The notes under the pieces were generated by a model. That model did not search any database and was not told the DNA's origin. It was given only the letters and a program-made list of their open reading frames with translations. From sequence record NC_019538.1: 64,000 bases of DNA, one strand, 5' to 3'. Below are positions 26,177 through 38,124 of this stretch, piece by piece. The position numbers and the translations under genes are program-made. Positions within the stretch are counted from its first letter, which is position 1. Each line of letters opens with the position of its first letter.

Positions 26177-27859
26177 TTAGGCACCCAGAACACGTACACG
26201 ACGGTAGAAGGAGTTCTTACCGAAGATTGCAGCACCCGGCATACCGGAAGTGATCTTGGAGAAGCCTTTGTTCTTGGAACCGTCAGCGAACGGGTGCAGT
26301 TTAACACCGTAACGGGTCTTGAAGCCAAGAATGGTAGCGAAGGACTTAGGATCCACACCACGCAGCGGGCTCAACGGGATGTATGGGCAGTAGTACAGAC
26401 CTGCATCCAGTTCGGAGCTACCCTTGAAGCCTACAGTGAAGTAATCTTCAACAGCGTACTGGTCGATGAAGACACGATACTTACCAGCCAGAACACCAGC
26501 GAACTGAGATACAGAGGTATCAGTGTTCAGCTTGGTAGTACCAGCAGCAGCCGGAGAAACCATCTGGTCGGTGGAACCGAGCATTACAGCAACGTTACGG
26601 GAACAGATTACGAAGTTACCGTTACCACGACCGGTTTGACGACCGATTTCAGCAGCTTCCTTATCGATTTGGGTAACCAGAGCCTTGGCGCTCTCACCTT
26701 GCCAACGAGCACCGCGAACGTCGTTCGGGTCTGCAAAGTTAAAGACACCAGCTTGTCCGCCATGTTGGTTAGTCCAACCAGTCTTACCGATTTGGGCGGT
26801 AGCGTTGATCCACAGGATCATTTCGCGGTTGATTTCCAGCATGATTTCGTTAGCCAGAATGCTGGACAGTTCGCTATCTGCATCCAGACCGTGAACGTTA
26901 CGCAGATCCTGAGCCAGTTCGATGGAGTACTGAGCTTTCAGTTGACGAGCCTTAGCTTCAACTACTTGCTTATCAATACGGAAACTCATTTCAGGCCACG
27001 GGTTATTGCTGGAACCATTAAAGTTCTCTTGCAGTTCCGCCATGGAGGTAGCCATACCTTCACCGATTTCAACCGCGATCTTGTCGTGGATCAGTTTCAG
27101 GTAACCAGCGGTTTTAACGTCAGCAGCAGTACCAGCAGTATAAGCGGTAACGAACTGAACAACCTTAGTACCGGAGTTGGAATAAGCGTCTACTTCTTCA
27201 TCCAGTTGGAAGCGAGCCAGATCACCGATTGCATAGGTTCCGTCTTTATCAAAAGCAGGAATCAGCGGAGCAGTGGCACCACGACCAGAGAAGCTGGAAT
27301 CAGGTGCATATTGCGGGTGGAAAGCTTCGCGAGCTTGAGCATCCAAAGCATCAGTACCATAGATGGCACGGAGGGTGAATACTTGACCAGCAGAAGAGGT
27401 CATCGGCTGAACACCACAGATATCAAAGGCAATCAGGTTGCTGATAGCACGACGAGCCAGACCCATAACAGCCGGACCGACGTTGGTGATGTTACCGGAA
27501 GCTTCACCAGAGGCGATCTTGATAGCATCATAACCGTGGTCACCGACGATGTTAGCTTCGGTCAGCATGGTTTCCATCTCTTCGCCGGACAGTTCGCGAC
27601 CTTCTGCCAGAGCAGCGGCTTGAGCTTCGTTCAGCATCTTTTTGGCTTCTGCCAGTTGAGCTTTACGACCTTGTACGTCAACCATGGAATCGATTACGGT
27701 TTGGTCGGTATATGCAGCACCGTCGTTACTCTTGATGTCTTCATATTGGTTTTCCATCAGACGAGCGACGATATCCTTGCGCTTCATGGTAGCAATTTCC
27801 GGCATACCTTCTTTTTCAAGCAGCGGTTTCCACTTAGCGATAATAGCGGTCTTAGACAT
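26177..27859 (-). CDS. 23: major capsid protein gp23
   Basis: KWKPLLEKEGMPEIA, LTEA.I.GDHGY, AFDICGVQPM, WPEMSFRIDKQVVEAKARQLKA.YSIELAQDL..VHG.DAD. Confidence 0.98.
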   Translation of the reverse strand: MSKTAIIAKWKPLLEKEGMPEIATMKRKDIVARLMENQYEDIKSNDGAAYTDQTVIDSMVDVQGRKAQLAEAKKMLNEAQAAALAEGRELSGEEMETMLTEANIVGDHGYDAIKIASGEASGNITNVGPAVMGLARRAISNLIAFDICGVQPMTSSAGQVFTLRAIYGTDALDAQAREAFHPQYAPDSSFSGRGATAPLIPAFDKDGTYAIGDLARFQLDEEVDAYSNSGTKVVQFVTAYTAGTAADVKTAGYLKLIHDKIAVEIGEGMATSMAELQENFNGSSNNPWPEMSFRIDKQVVEAKARQLKAQYSIELAQDLRNVHGLDADSELSSILANEIMLEINREMILWINATAQIGKTGWTNQHGGQAGVFNFADPNDVRGARWQGESAKALVTQIDKEAAEIGRQTGRGNGNFVICSRNVAVMLGSTDQMVSPAAAGTTKLNTDTSVSQFAGVLAGKYRVFIDQYAVEDYFTVGFKGSSELDAGLYYCPYIPLSPLRGVDPKSFATILGFKTRYGVKLHPFADGSKNKGFSKITSGMPGAAIFGKNSFYRRVRVLGA

Positions 27860-27896
27860 TTTTGTTTTCCTTTTTGGATTTGAAATTTAATTTTCG

Positions 27897-27970
27897 GGGA
27901 GAAGAACCATTTCTTCTTTCCCTTACAAATATATTTAGGGGAGTTATTTCAGTTATTTTTATAACTCCCC
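27897..27970 (-). promoter_or_regulatory. gene 23 late promoter, overlapping upstream hairpin and 5'-UTR stem-loop
   Basis: CCCCTAAATA at 27932-41; GGGGAGTTAT...ATAACTCCCC repeat; leader stem GGGA(A)AGAAGAA-ATGG-TTCTTCTCCCC. Confidence 0.7.
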
Positions 27971-27983
27971 GTTAAACAGAAAA

Positions 27984-28817
27984 TTACCAGCGCATGAACT
28001 CTTGTACAGACTCATCGATTTTTGATTTGGGTTCTGGCTTTTTATCTTTCTTATCTTTTTCGCCTTTCTCACCCTTTTCATCTTTGTCGTCTTTCTTATC
28101 TTCGTCATCATTGAAGTTAAGATTTTCGTTTAGAGGTTTCTGATTAGATTCTTGCTCTTTCTTCTGAGAAACCATTTCAACCAGAGCACTTACACGAGTA
28201 CCGAATTGTTCAGCAGAACCAAACGAAATTCCCTCACAAAGAGTTTTAACTTGTTCTTGTTGAACCATAGTCAGCTCTTTAATAGACTCAGCGATAACAG
28301 CTTCACGTTCTTTAGCTTGAATACTTTCGGTCAGAGCAGAGTTTTTACTAACCAGATCGTTAATCATGCTTTGGGCTTCTTCCAGCTCGGCAGCTTGTTC
28401 GGCAACGATATCAACTGCATCCTCTGGAACAACAACGTGATGAGAAACAAATAGTTCTTTCATACCAGCAAGCAGACTTTCAGCAAGTTGGGCTTGGATA
28501 CCAGTTTCAATAGCTACTTTGTTATCTTCCATAAAGCTTTCTGCTAGATGTTCGAAATAGCTATCCATGGTTTTAATCAGTTCTGCATTCTTTGCTTCGG
28601 CGGCTTCTTGAACCAGTTCATCGGATTTAGCGGCTAGGGCTTCGATGTGCGATTCTGCGAGCTGTACGGCTTCCTCACGCAGTTTGGTTTGAAATACTTG
28701 GGTCAGTGCGTCAACGACACCCTCGCTCAAATTGAGCCCTTGCAGAGCGCCAGAAATGGCATCTGCTTGTACAGTGATATTTTTAGATTCACTGAGCAGT
28801 TGGTCTTTAATAGACAT
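27984..28817 (-). CDS. 22: prohead core scaffold protein gp22
   Basis: MSIKDQLLSESKNI, LAESHI, IETGIQAQLAESLL.GMKELFVSHHVVVPE..VD.VAE. Confidence 0.93.
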   Translation of the reverse strand: MSIKDQLLSESKNITVQADAISGALQGLNLSEGVVDALTQVFQTKLREEAVQLAESHIEALAAKSDELVQEAAEAKNAELIKTMDSYFEHLAESFMEDNKVAIETGIQAQLAESLLAGMKELFVSHHVVVPEDAVDIVAEQAAELEEAQSMINDLVSKNSALTESIQAKEREAVIAESIKELTMVQQEQVKTLCEGISFGSAEQFGTRVSALVEMVSQKKEQESNQKPLNENLNFNDDEDKKDDKDEKGEKGEKDKKDKKPEPKSKIDESVQEFMRW

Positions 28818-28838
28818 TGGTTTTTCCTTATTTGAAAG

Positions 28839-29564
28839 TTAACTTTTCAATGCTTCGATTAATTTGAGAATCTTTGCATCGTCTGTATTATTTAGGGTAG
28901 ATTTTTGATCGGTTTTTGATTCGTTAACTCGGTATGCGTTTGTATACGCATTAGGTGCGCTTGGTCCCCAAACAACATCCACCCCAACAGTTAAACGATA
29001 ACCTTCTTGAACTTCATTTAAACCGCGTGAATTGCGCTTCAAAGAACCAAGACCACGAGAACTAACACCCGGAATCCAACCAGCTCTAATAAGAGCAGCG
29101 ACCTTATCACCTTCCGCGTGGTCCCCTTCTACAATACGAGCACGACCATAAACGTCGTTACCTTTCCACCAGAGCTTTTCGATGACCAAAGCTGATTTTG
29201 ATGGGTCTGGATAAGAACGATCACCGGGGTGATTTAGTTCACCAAGAGATTGTTTGGACTCTACCTGATCTTTAACGTATCTTTCGACGGCTTTTTCCAT
29301 TACCCGTTTTGGATAAATACGACCATTACCATTAGGAACTTCCGCTTGGAGGAAAATACCCTCGATATAAAGATTACCAGTACCTTTGTCATCCACTGAT
29401 TCAATCAGGTAATATTCTTTATTGGGAACCCCAGATTCATTTTTCTCGGTTAGATTGTTATCAGTCCTATATTCGGTGCTCCAATGCTCAATTAAAAGCA
29501 TATTTTTTGAAGGTTCACCGTTATCTCTACCTTCCCAGTTTTCGACTAGAATATTTTCATACAT
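28839..29564 (-). CDS. 21: prohead protease gp21
   Basis: LYIEGIFLQAEV.N.NGRIYPK, GELNHP, GWIPGVSSRGLGSL, VDVVWGPSAP. Confidence 0.96.
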   Translation of the reverse strand: MYENILVENWEGRDNGEPSKNMLLIEHWSTEYRTDNNLTEKNESGVPNKEYYLIESVDDKGTGNLYIEGIFLQAEVPNGNGRIYPKRVMEKAVERYVKDQVESKQSLGELNHPGDRSYPDPSKSALVIEKLWWKGNDVYGRARIVEGDHAEGDKVAALIRAGWIPGVSSRGLGSLKRNSRGLNEVQEGYRLTVGVDVVWGPSAPNAYTNAYRVNESKTDQKSTLNNTDDAKILKLIEALKS

Positions 29565-29566
29565 GA

Positions 29567-30043
29567 TTAGAGCCCCATCGAATGGCGCTTGCGCATAGCC
29601 TTTTTATATTTCTTATTAGCTCGAATCTGAATAGACGGGTTAGCTCTTTTGGTCTTAACCGCATGTCTAGCAATTTGACGACGCTGTGACTTACTCAATC
29701 CAGTTGTTTGTGACGCTCTACGTCTACGGGTTTCACGATCATGGATACGGGTAACAGTACCAGCCGCGTTTACACGTTTTACAAGAACTTCATCAAGTTC
29801 CTCAGACTCTTCCAAAATACTTAGAATAGCTAGTGCTTCAATCGCATTTTCAGAAATCATATTTTCTGCAATTGTCAAAGAATCTTCTTCACCAAATACA
29901 GATTTAAGGTGTTGTGCTTTTTCGGGAGCAGTCGATTCGACGCATTCAGCGATTAACGAAAGGAGTACGTCGTACTCCAAATCGGTTTCAAGAATGCGAG
30001 AACCTTTTACTCCCCATTTGGAAATTACTTCTTGTTTTTCCAT
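29567..30043 (-). CDS. 68: prohead core protein gp68
   Basis: LDEVLVKRVNAAG...R.RRASQTTGLSKS.RRQIAR, basic C-terminus. Confidence 0.9.
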   Translation of the reverse strand: MEKQEVISKWGVKGSRILETDLEYDVLLSLIAECVESTAPEKAQHLKSVFGEEDSLTIAENMISENAIEALAILSILEESEELDEVLVKRVNAAGTVTRIHDRETRRRRASQTTGLSKSQRRQIARHAVKTKRANPSIQIRANKKYKKAMRKRHSMGL

Positions 30044-30072
30044 TTTTATTTTCCTTATGGGGTTGTTAAAAA

Positions 30073-30228
30073 TTATTCTTGTTCGTCTTCGAAGGGGGCT
30101 AAGGATGCTCCCATCTGAACCCGCATATCATGAGTTTTAGCGGCAATACGTGAAAACATTTCAGTTTCGAATGCACCTTTAGCGGCAATAAGATCGCCAG
30201 CTCGTGCTGCATTAATAAATTCTTCCAT
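30073..30228 (-). CDS. 67: prohead core protein gp67 (51 aa)
   Basis: Read by hand: MEEFINAARAGDLIAAKGAFETEMFSRI...EDEQE; between 20 and 68; CACTAAATA upstream. Confidence 0.8.
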   Translation of the reverse strand: MEEFINAARAGDLIAAKGAFETEMFSRIAAKTHDMRVQMGASLAPFEDEQE

Positions 30229-30253
30229 CACTCTATACCTTTATTTAGTGTTG

Positions 30254-31831
30254 TTAAAAATCAGCGAGACCATCTTCTGGATTTGGTGGATTGAGAATTT
30301 CGGATTTCATTTCTTCCTCAATCTTCTTCGCCTCTTCTTCAATTTGTTTATCTGTCATTTTCATTATGTCTTTCATAATTGTGTTATGAGACATATATTT
30401 CCCGACGATATTATTTTGAATGAGACTACTTACCACATCTATTCTACGTTGAAGAATCTCAATATCTTTAAGTTCTTCATAATAAGAATCTTTGGCATAT
30501 ACAATCTTGATGTTATTCTTTTCTTCGTCCCATTCTTCCTGACTCATAATACCTTTTAGAATAAGGTTTGTAACGAGTGGGTCATAGAAAATTGGGTCAA
30601 ATTGGCGCTGCATACCGCGAACCAATTTAGCAAACAACAGCTCATCACGAGATATTTCCCCACCATTCGAGAATGTAACACCACCAGATTCCATTGGGAG
30701 GCGACTAAGAGGCAATTTCATTGCTTCATAAACTTTACGGTTGAACCAACGAACGTCGTCCATTTCACCAATAGACTGGGCACCCGGAAGAGTAGAAATC
30801 TCAGTGGAAGCCTTACCATCTCGACGCATCAACCAGAAATCTTCTGTCATGCTTAGGTTATTGGCTGCTGTTTTAACCTTACCCGTCGAACTGTCATAGA
30901 TAACTCGGTTTTTAAAGCCTTGCATGACTTTGTTTACGTGTTCGGTTGCTTTTTTAGGTTGCATATTACCAACGTCAATATAAAAAATACGACGCTCTGG
31001 TGCGCGTGATACGCGATATATAACCAACGCATCTTCTAACATCTTCAAAATGTTAGCTGGCTTTATTGCAGCATGTAGATGCCCTATAATAGACCTACCA
31101 TCACAAGATACTTTACCACTGTGAGCATAAACCATCGCATCGCGGGGGATAACGATATGGTTTGTATTGGCTTGGTTTATATTATAAGTTGAACATTCAG
31201 TACCTGAATAAGTAAAATATTCCCGATGACCTTTATAAATGCTATTACCACCTTCAACCTCTTTAAAGTTTTCTCTGTGATAATATACGGCTCGGGGGTC
31301 TAACAACCGAAGTTCTTTAATACCTTCTTTTTGGTGTTTCGGGTCGATCATTTTATGGAAATAGATTCGACTATCGACATACCAACGGCGATATAATCTC
31401 TTACCTTCTTTTTCGAAGTTCAAAAGAGACAATATTTCTTCAAATTCTTCTTGAACCCGGTCTTTAATGGATTTATTCCATTTAGTTGCATCCAGATCCA
31501 ATGAAACAGTATTCTTTTCGTCTTCTTGAACAATTGCATCATTTACGATTTCATCAATCGCATTATCAACTTCATGATAATTTGTTAGAGCGCGATATTG
31601 ATCTATAAGTTGACGAGTTGAATTAATTTTTTGTTCAGTACCATATGCATAAGCTTGATATGCACGACTAGGAGCTGATGTATCGGTCCTATCAATAGAA
31701 TTAGCACCATCAGGATTGTCTGGTGCGGAGAAACTATCAATCCCCGATTTGAGTTCTATATCTAGTTCCTTATCGTCGTCTTTCGCCCACGGACGAAGAA
31801 AACTTGGAACAGTAAAACGACCATTGAACAT
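30254..31831 (-). CDS. 20: portal protein gp20
   Basis: EVDNAIDEIVNDAIV, RRWYVDSRI, MLEDALVIYRVSRAPERRIFYIDVGNM, EISRDEL.F. Confidence 0.97.
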   Translation of the reverse strand: MFNGRFTVPSFLRPWAKDDDKELDIELKSGIDSFSAPDNPDGANSIDRTDTSAPSRAYQAYAYGTEQKINSTRQLIDQYRALTNYHEVDNAIDEIVNDAIVQEDEKNTVSLDLDATKWNKSIKDRVQEEFEEILSLLNFEKEGKRLYRRWYVDSRIYFHKMIDPKHQKEGIKELRLLDPRAVYYHRENFKEVEGGNSIYKGHREYFTYSGTECSTYNINQANTNHIVIPRDAMVYAHSGKVSCDGRSIIGHLHAAIKPANILKMLEDALVIYRVSRAPERRIFYIDVGNMQPKKATEHVNKVMQGFKNRVIYDSSTGKVKTAANNLSMTEDFWLMRRDGKASTEISTLPGAQSIGEMDDVRWFNRKVYEAMKLPLSRLPMESGGVTFSNGGEISRDELLFAKLVRGMQRQFDPIFYDPLVTNLILKGIMSQEEWDEEKNNIKIVYAKDSYYEELKDIEILQRRIDVVSSLIQNNIVGKYMSHNTIMKDIMKMTDKQIEEEAKKIEEEMKSEILNPPNPEDGLADF

Positions 31832-31912
31832 ATGAGTAATCCTTTTATTTTATCTATATTTATTTAGGGCAATAAAATTAAAAGGATATGGGGTATTTCT
31901 ACCCCAATCATT

Positions 31913-32401
31913 TTATTCCCACCAGTCCAAAGCCATAATAACTTCAAACATTTCAACCTCAGACCCAGTATCCCAGTCCAAAGCAAGTTCGGAAATTTGG
32001 GTAGGCCAAGTACCATAAACTGTATAAGAACGAGTACGCTTACCAGTACGGTCGAGTTGATGTACGGTTGCTTCCTTCTTATATACGGTTGGAACTTCAC
32101 CATTGATATTACGACCAAGGGATTGAGCTATATTTTGCCACTCAATAAATTGTTGACGTGTGTTGTGTTCGGTGTCATTATAGACTGTGAGTGTCCAGTC
32201 ATCGAATGTACGGTCACCAGCCAGTTTGAGCTTTTTATTCTGATAACCCAGAATTACGGGTTCTACAGTTGCACCCGGCATAGAAGCAGCTTTACATTTG
32301 AATGAAAAGTCTTGCCCCATGAAAGGAATTTCAATCTCAAACAGGTTAGGGCGAGCCAGATCACCGTTAGAAAACGCACGGCTTACATCAGTAAGATCCA
32401 T
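31913..32401 (-). CDS. 19: tail tube protein gp19
   Basis: GDLARPNLFE.EIP, FKCKAASMPG, AGDRTFDDWT.TVYND, WPT.ISE..LDWD. Confidence 0.96.
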   Translation of the reverse strand: MDLTDVSRAFSNGDLARPNLFEIEIPFMGQDFSFKCKAASMPGATVEPVILGYQNKKLKLAGDRTFDDWTLTVYNDTEHNTRQQFIEWQNIAQSLGRNINGEVPTVYKKEATVHQLDRTGKRTRSYTVYGTWPTQISELALDWDTGSEVEMFEVIMALDWWE

Positions 32402-32468
32402 TTTAAACCTCTTTGTATTCTTTAATTATTTAGGGTGGTTAAAATGGGGGATATTATCCCCCACTCTA

Positions 32469-34505
32469 TTAGTTTTGTGGACCAACCAACTCATCGAAGT
32501 TAGCGGAAGTTCCCACAGCGGAGAAGTTCAGGCTAACATAGTTGATAGACCGTGCTGGTTTGATTAGAATAGTTGCAACAAACTCGTTACGGTCAATAAC
32601 CGCCGGGGTGTTGTTTGTCTCATCACACACGACGCGGAAATCATAGATACCACCAAGAGACTTGATAGAATCTAGGTAGGAATTGACCTCGCTGCGGAAA
32701 GAGTTACGAGTAAACGCATCGTTATTCTCAAACAGCTTATATTTCGCGCTTTCAGAGATAGACTTCTTCAACAGGTTGAACAAACGACGGACGTTGATCC
32801 GGTCGAATGGGGTTGGTTGAAGACTCATAGTCTTATCACCATACAGAATGAAACCTTGACCGGGGAATCCAACTACTGGGTTCATACTGTTTTGATACAG
32901 CTCATCACGATGCGCTTGACGAGTCTCGATAGCCAGCTTACGAACGTCTAGGATCTGCCCACGGTTAAACCCAGCCGGAGACATCCATGGTTGGGCTACT
33001 GTGTCTGTACGAGCACACAAGCCAGCCATATCAGCAGACAGCGGGATCCAACGGTTGGTGTCGTTGTATTTGTCGTATTGCAGCTTGTAGTTTGCAGATG
33101 TAGAACTATAGGTGGTTCCTATGTTCATGTTATCATCAACCACAACACCCGAATCGGTAACACCACGACGCCATTCAACCATCTTCTTAACAGCAGTTGC
33201 TACGGGTAGGTTTACCATGTATTCGCGGGGTGGGCTGATCCAACCAAGGCAATCCTGACGCTCATCACAGATAGCAGCAACGGATTTCTGTACAGTTGAA
33301 GCAATTTCTACCCCTTCACCAGCACAAGAACCGGCAATAAACAGGTTTACATCTACGTGCTCACGGTCAGAGAACATATCCCAGCCTTCAATCCAATCAC
33401 CGGCAGACGCAGTTGAGTTACCACTATTACCACCACCAAATGTAAGGATTCCAGAATACTCGGTAGGCCACGACTCAGCAACACCTTGGATAAAGGTGGA
33501 ATATCCGTTAATGAAGAATTCATCAACATAGATGCTGGAACCGTATATATCACGGTCATTCTCTTTTACTGACAGAATACGAGATTCAACAGCAGAACCA
33601 CCAACAAAAACAATCATCGCGAACTGGTCTTTTGTTTGTGGACCATATTCCAAATAAGAGCTTGGGGTGATATTACCAAAACTCAAGCCGCTTGGGAAAG
33701 TTTTCAGGTTTACTGTATTAACAGAAGAAATCTTACCATCTACACCAAACTTGTAATAATCTTTGTACGCAATAAATGCGACTTGGATATTATCACCAGT
33801 CAGACCGGCGTAACGAGAAGCAACAACAGGAATACCATAGGATTCGCACATATCGATGTATGTTTCGGTCGTTTCGTCTCTACGAAGCAGGGATTCACGG
33901 GAATATTCATCATTACGAATATAAATCTTACTATCTTGACGAATACCGTTCAGTACAGCCGTTGCGGATTGACCACTACCGGGACCACCAGAGGTGAATT
34001 GGATCTGCCACCCATTTTGAAGGGCTGGATAGTCGTTAAGTTCTTTTGCCTTTTTAACTACTTCGGCAGTAGAGAATCTAACGAAGGTGATACCACCAAC
34101 GGAGTTAAGTGCGGAAACTTTACCAGTAGTGATAGTTGCACCATTCTGGAGAATTTTAACATCGTCACCAATACGATAATCCACACCCGGAGATGTAATT
34201 GTATAATCAATTGTTTCAAAAAACGGACTAGAGTTACGTGCAGTATCTTCATCAAGAATACGGACGGTACGAAGATCGTTACCATATTTCAGGAAGTTGA
34301 TCGCACTGAGAACGCTATCAGCAGTTTGATTATCAGGACGACCGAAACGGTCGATAAGGTCGGTCTCAGAAACTAGTTGAGAAATTTGATATGCAGGCCC
34401 CCACTGGAATTTACCAGCCAGAGCCGCCCGTCCAGTAGATGAACGGGCAATAGTAGTTTGCATATTATTCTCTTTAGATTCTACACCCGGAGAAAGTAAT
34501 GCCAT
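32469..34505 (-). CDS. 18: tail sheath protein gp18
   Basis: MALLSPGVESKE, AALAGKFQWGPA, WMSPAGFNRGQI, FDRINVRRLF, IKPARSINYV.LNF. Confidence 0.97.
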   Translation of the reverse strand: MALLSPGVESKENNMQTTIARSSTGRAALAGKFQWGPAYQISQLVSETDLIDRFGRPDNQTADSVLSAINFLKYGNDLRTVRILDEDTARNSSPFFETIDYTITSPGVDYRIGDDVKILQNGATITTGKVSALNSVGGITFVRFSTAEVVKKAKELNDYPALQNGWQIQFTSGGPGSGQSATAVLNGIRQDSKIYIRNDEYSRESLLRRDETTETYIDMCESYGIPVVASRYAGLTGDNIQVAFIAYKDYYKFGVDGKISSVNTVNLKTFPSGLSFGNITPSSYLEYGPQTKDQFAMIVFVGGSAVESRILSVKENDRDIYGSSIYVDEFFINGYSTFIQGVAESWPTEYSGILTFGGGNSGNSTASAGDWIEGWDMFSDREHVDVNLFIAGSCAGEGVEIASTVQKSVAAICDERQDCLGWISPPREYMVNLPVATAVKKMVEWRRGVTDSGVVVDDNMNIGTTYSSTSANYKLQYDKYNDTNRWIPLSADMAGLCARTDTVAQPWMSPAGFNRGQILDVRKLAIETRQAHRDELYQNSMNPVVGFPGQGFILYGDKTMSLQPTPFDRINVRRLFNLLKKSISESAKYKLFENNDAFTRNSFRSEVNSYLDSIKSLGGIYDFRVVCDETNNTPAVIDRNEFVATILIKPARSINYVSLNFSAVGTSANFDELVGPQN

Positions 34506-34517
34506 TTTATTTTCCTT

Positions 34518-36440
<1,923 letters not shown>

Positions 36441-36746
36441 TTATCCCTCAAAAATATATCGATAGAATGAACCTCTGGGGATATCTAACTTATTAGTAAA
36501 TTTGATAACAGAGTTCCCGATGATATATTTATCACCAGAAACATCATATCCTAATTTAGAAAAAATATAGGTGTATAGTTCTCTAACAAGTGGATAATTA
36601 ACAACTTGAACTCTAACACCATTTCTGTGTGTTAGAATATCCCACGATGTACTAATTAGATGGTCATTAAATTCCGTTCTATCTAGGTCAATATAAGCCC
36701 TTAGATGTTCTTCTGTTTTTATATGGTCTCGCCAATTAAGTTGCAT
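36441..36746 (-). CDS. hypothetical protein inserted between genes 16 and 17
   Basis: 101 aa from ATG 36746 (GAGG SD, overlapping the end of gene 16); ends 3 nt before the gp17 ATG. Confidence 0.6.
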   Translation of the reverse strand: MQLNWRDHIKTEEHLRAYIDLDRTEFNDHLISTSWDILTHRNGVRVQVVNYPLVRELYTYIFSKLGYDVSGDKYIIGNSVIKFTNKLDIPRGSFYRYIFEG

Positions 36747-37248
36747 TTTTAACCTCTTCTGATTCACCATCAATGACAAGAGATTGAGCCTGTGTTTGGG
36801 TTCCTTCTCTTAGCATTAGTTCAGCAGGGGTTCCCATAAAAACAGTAGCGTTTTCAATATTCATACTCGGGCTAGGAGTTTCTGGTTTATTTCCACCAGT
36901 CTTTGTTTTCTCGGCTGTAATTGCGTCCATTTCTTTATGGAGCTTAAGAATTTCCTTTGTATTAGCAGTCCACGTTCCCATTAACTGAGTAAACGCATTA
37001 ACTTGGTTTGGACTCTCTGAATTCTTTGCATTCTCTAATGCAATTGCAGCCATAGCCATAATCATTTGTTGTTGTTGGTTTAATGCTTGTCTAGCCAAAC
37101 TGTAATCGTCTGATAGGTCTTTCGCTCTATCTAACGGGTTGGATTCCACTGGAAGTAATACAGTTGGTTCATACACAACAACTTCACCACCATCAAATCC
37201 GGGTAACCCAGATACATCAAGTAGACTTTTCATATCTAATTCGCTCAT
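36736..37248 (-). CDS. 16: terminase small subunit gp16
   Basis: LDMKSLLDVSGLPG..G, VESNP.DR..DL.DDY...R, NIENATVFMGTP.ELM. Confidence 0.93.
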   Translation of the reverse strand: MSELDMKSLLDVSGLPGFDGGEVVVYEPTVLLPVESNPLDRAKDLSDDYSLARQALNQQQQMIMAMAAIALENAKNSESPNQVNAFTQLMGTWTANTKEILKLHKEMDAITAEKTKTGGNKPETPSPSMNIENATVFMGTPAELMLREGTQTQAQSLVIDGESEEVKNAT

Positions 37249-37249
37249 T

Positions 37250-38062
37250 TTAATTCTCTCTTGGTTTTGATGGTTCTGGATCTACGGGGATCGGGACGCC
37301 AGCAGAGCAAGTTTCTATATAATCCCCATTCCATGTGTTTGGTGTGGAATCAAAAGGAACCACCTGTGAATCAACGGATTCATAAGCTTCAATCGGTAAT
37401 CTTTTCATATTCCCAAAGAAATCAAGATATGTGGTTTTGATCTCACCTTTAAGGTCTGCAAAGTTCGCATACATCCACCCATCTAGTTCAAAGAATAAGG
37501 TCCATTCTAGACGACGACGTTCTCCACGGTCTCCTTCTAATTCTTCCGACATAGAAACAGATTGGATTGTTATCTGAATATCTCTATCAACGGGAGTTTT
37601 ACCGTCATGAAGTTCAACAATTTTGCATGGGAAGTTAGGTTGGAAATATGGTAGAATTTGCTCTACGATGGTATGCATATCAGTTTCATATCTGGTGTGA
37701 ATAGAAACCTCAAAAGTAAATTTCCAAGGTACTGGGTTGAAAATATTATATGACTTATTGTTTTGATCAGATGCTTGTCTTCCCTGCATACCTGTTTTAT
37801 ACTGGGAGTTATACATCATATCCACCATATGGATATTTATTCTAGGGAGAATGGTTTCACCACGAGCCATTTCACCATCATAATTGTTGCTAAACGCATT
37901 GTTAAGCTTTATGATAAATCTCTCTTTTGATGCGTTTGTAATTGGTACTTTATTATAAAATTTTTGGTCTCCCCGTGTACGTTCTACTTGTACACCACTA
38001 AGGAGGTCCATTAGCAAAACCGTATATCTACGCATTGAGCTATTATAGAAATATCCAAACAT
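37250..38062 (-). CDS. 15: tail sheath stabiliser / terminator gp15
   Basis: MFGYFYNSSMRRY, KVPI..ASKE, TILPRI, EQILPYFQP.F. Confidence 0.95.
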   Translation of the reverse strand: MFGYFYNSSMRRYTVLLMDLLSGVQVERTRGDQKFYNKVPITNASKERFIIKLNNAFSNNYDGEMARGETILPRINIHMVDMMYNSQYKTGMQGRQASDQNNKSYNIFNPVPWKFTFEVSIHTRYETDMHTIVEQILPYFQPNFPCKIVELHDGKTPVDRDIQITIQSVSMSEELEGDRGERRRLEWTLFFELDGWMYANFADLKGEIKTTYLDFFGNMKRLPIEAYESVDSQVVPFDSTPNTWNGDYIETCSAGVPIPVDPEPSKPREN

Positions 38063-38124
38063 AATTTATACTCCATATGTATTTATTGTATTTAGGGAAG
38101 CGGGGTTTCCCCCGCCTTTATATT

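Noticed and set aside
26165-27883. 572-aa antisense ORF over gene 23
   Set aside because: Same codon register as gp23. It arises because gp23 avoids TTA/CTA/TCA. No SD, no promoter, and no protein-like motifs.
28020-28120. K/D/E low-complexity repeats at the gp22 C-terminus
   Set aside because: Typical charged scaffold tail.
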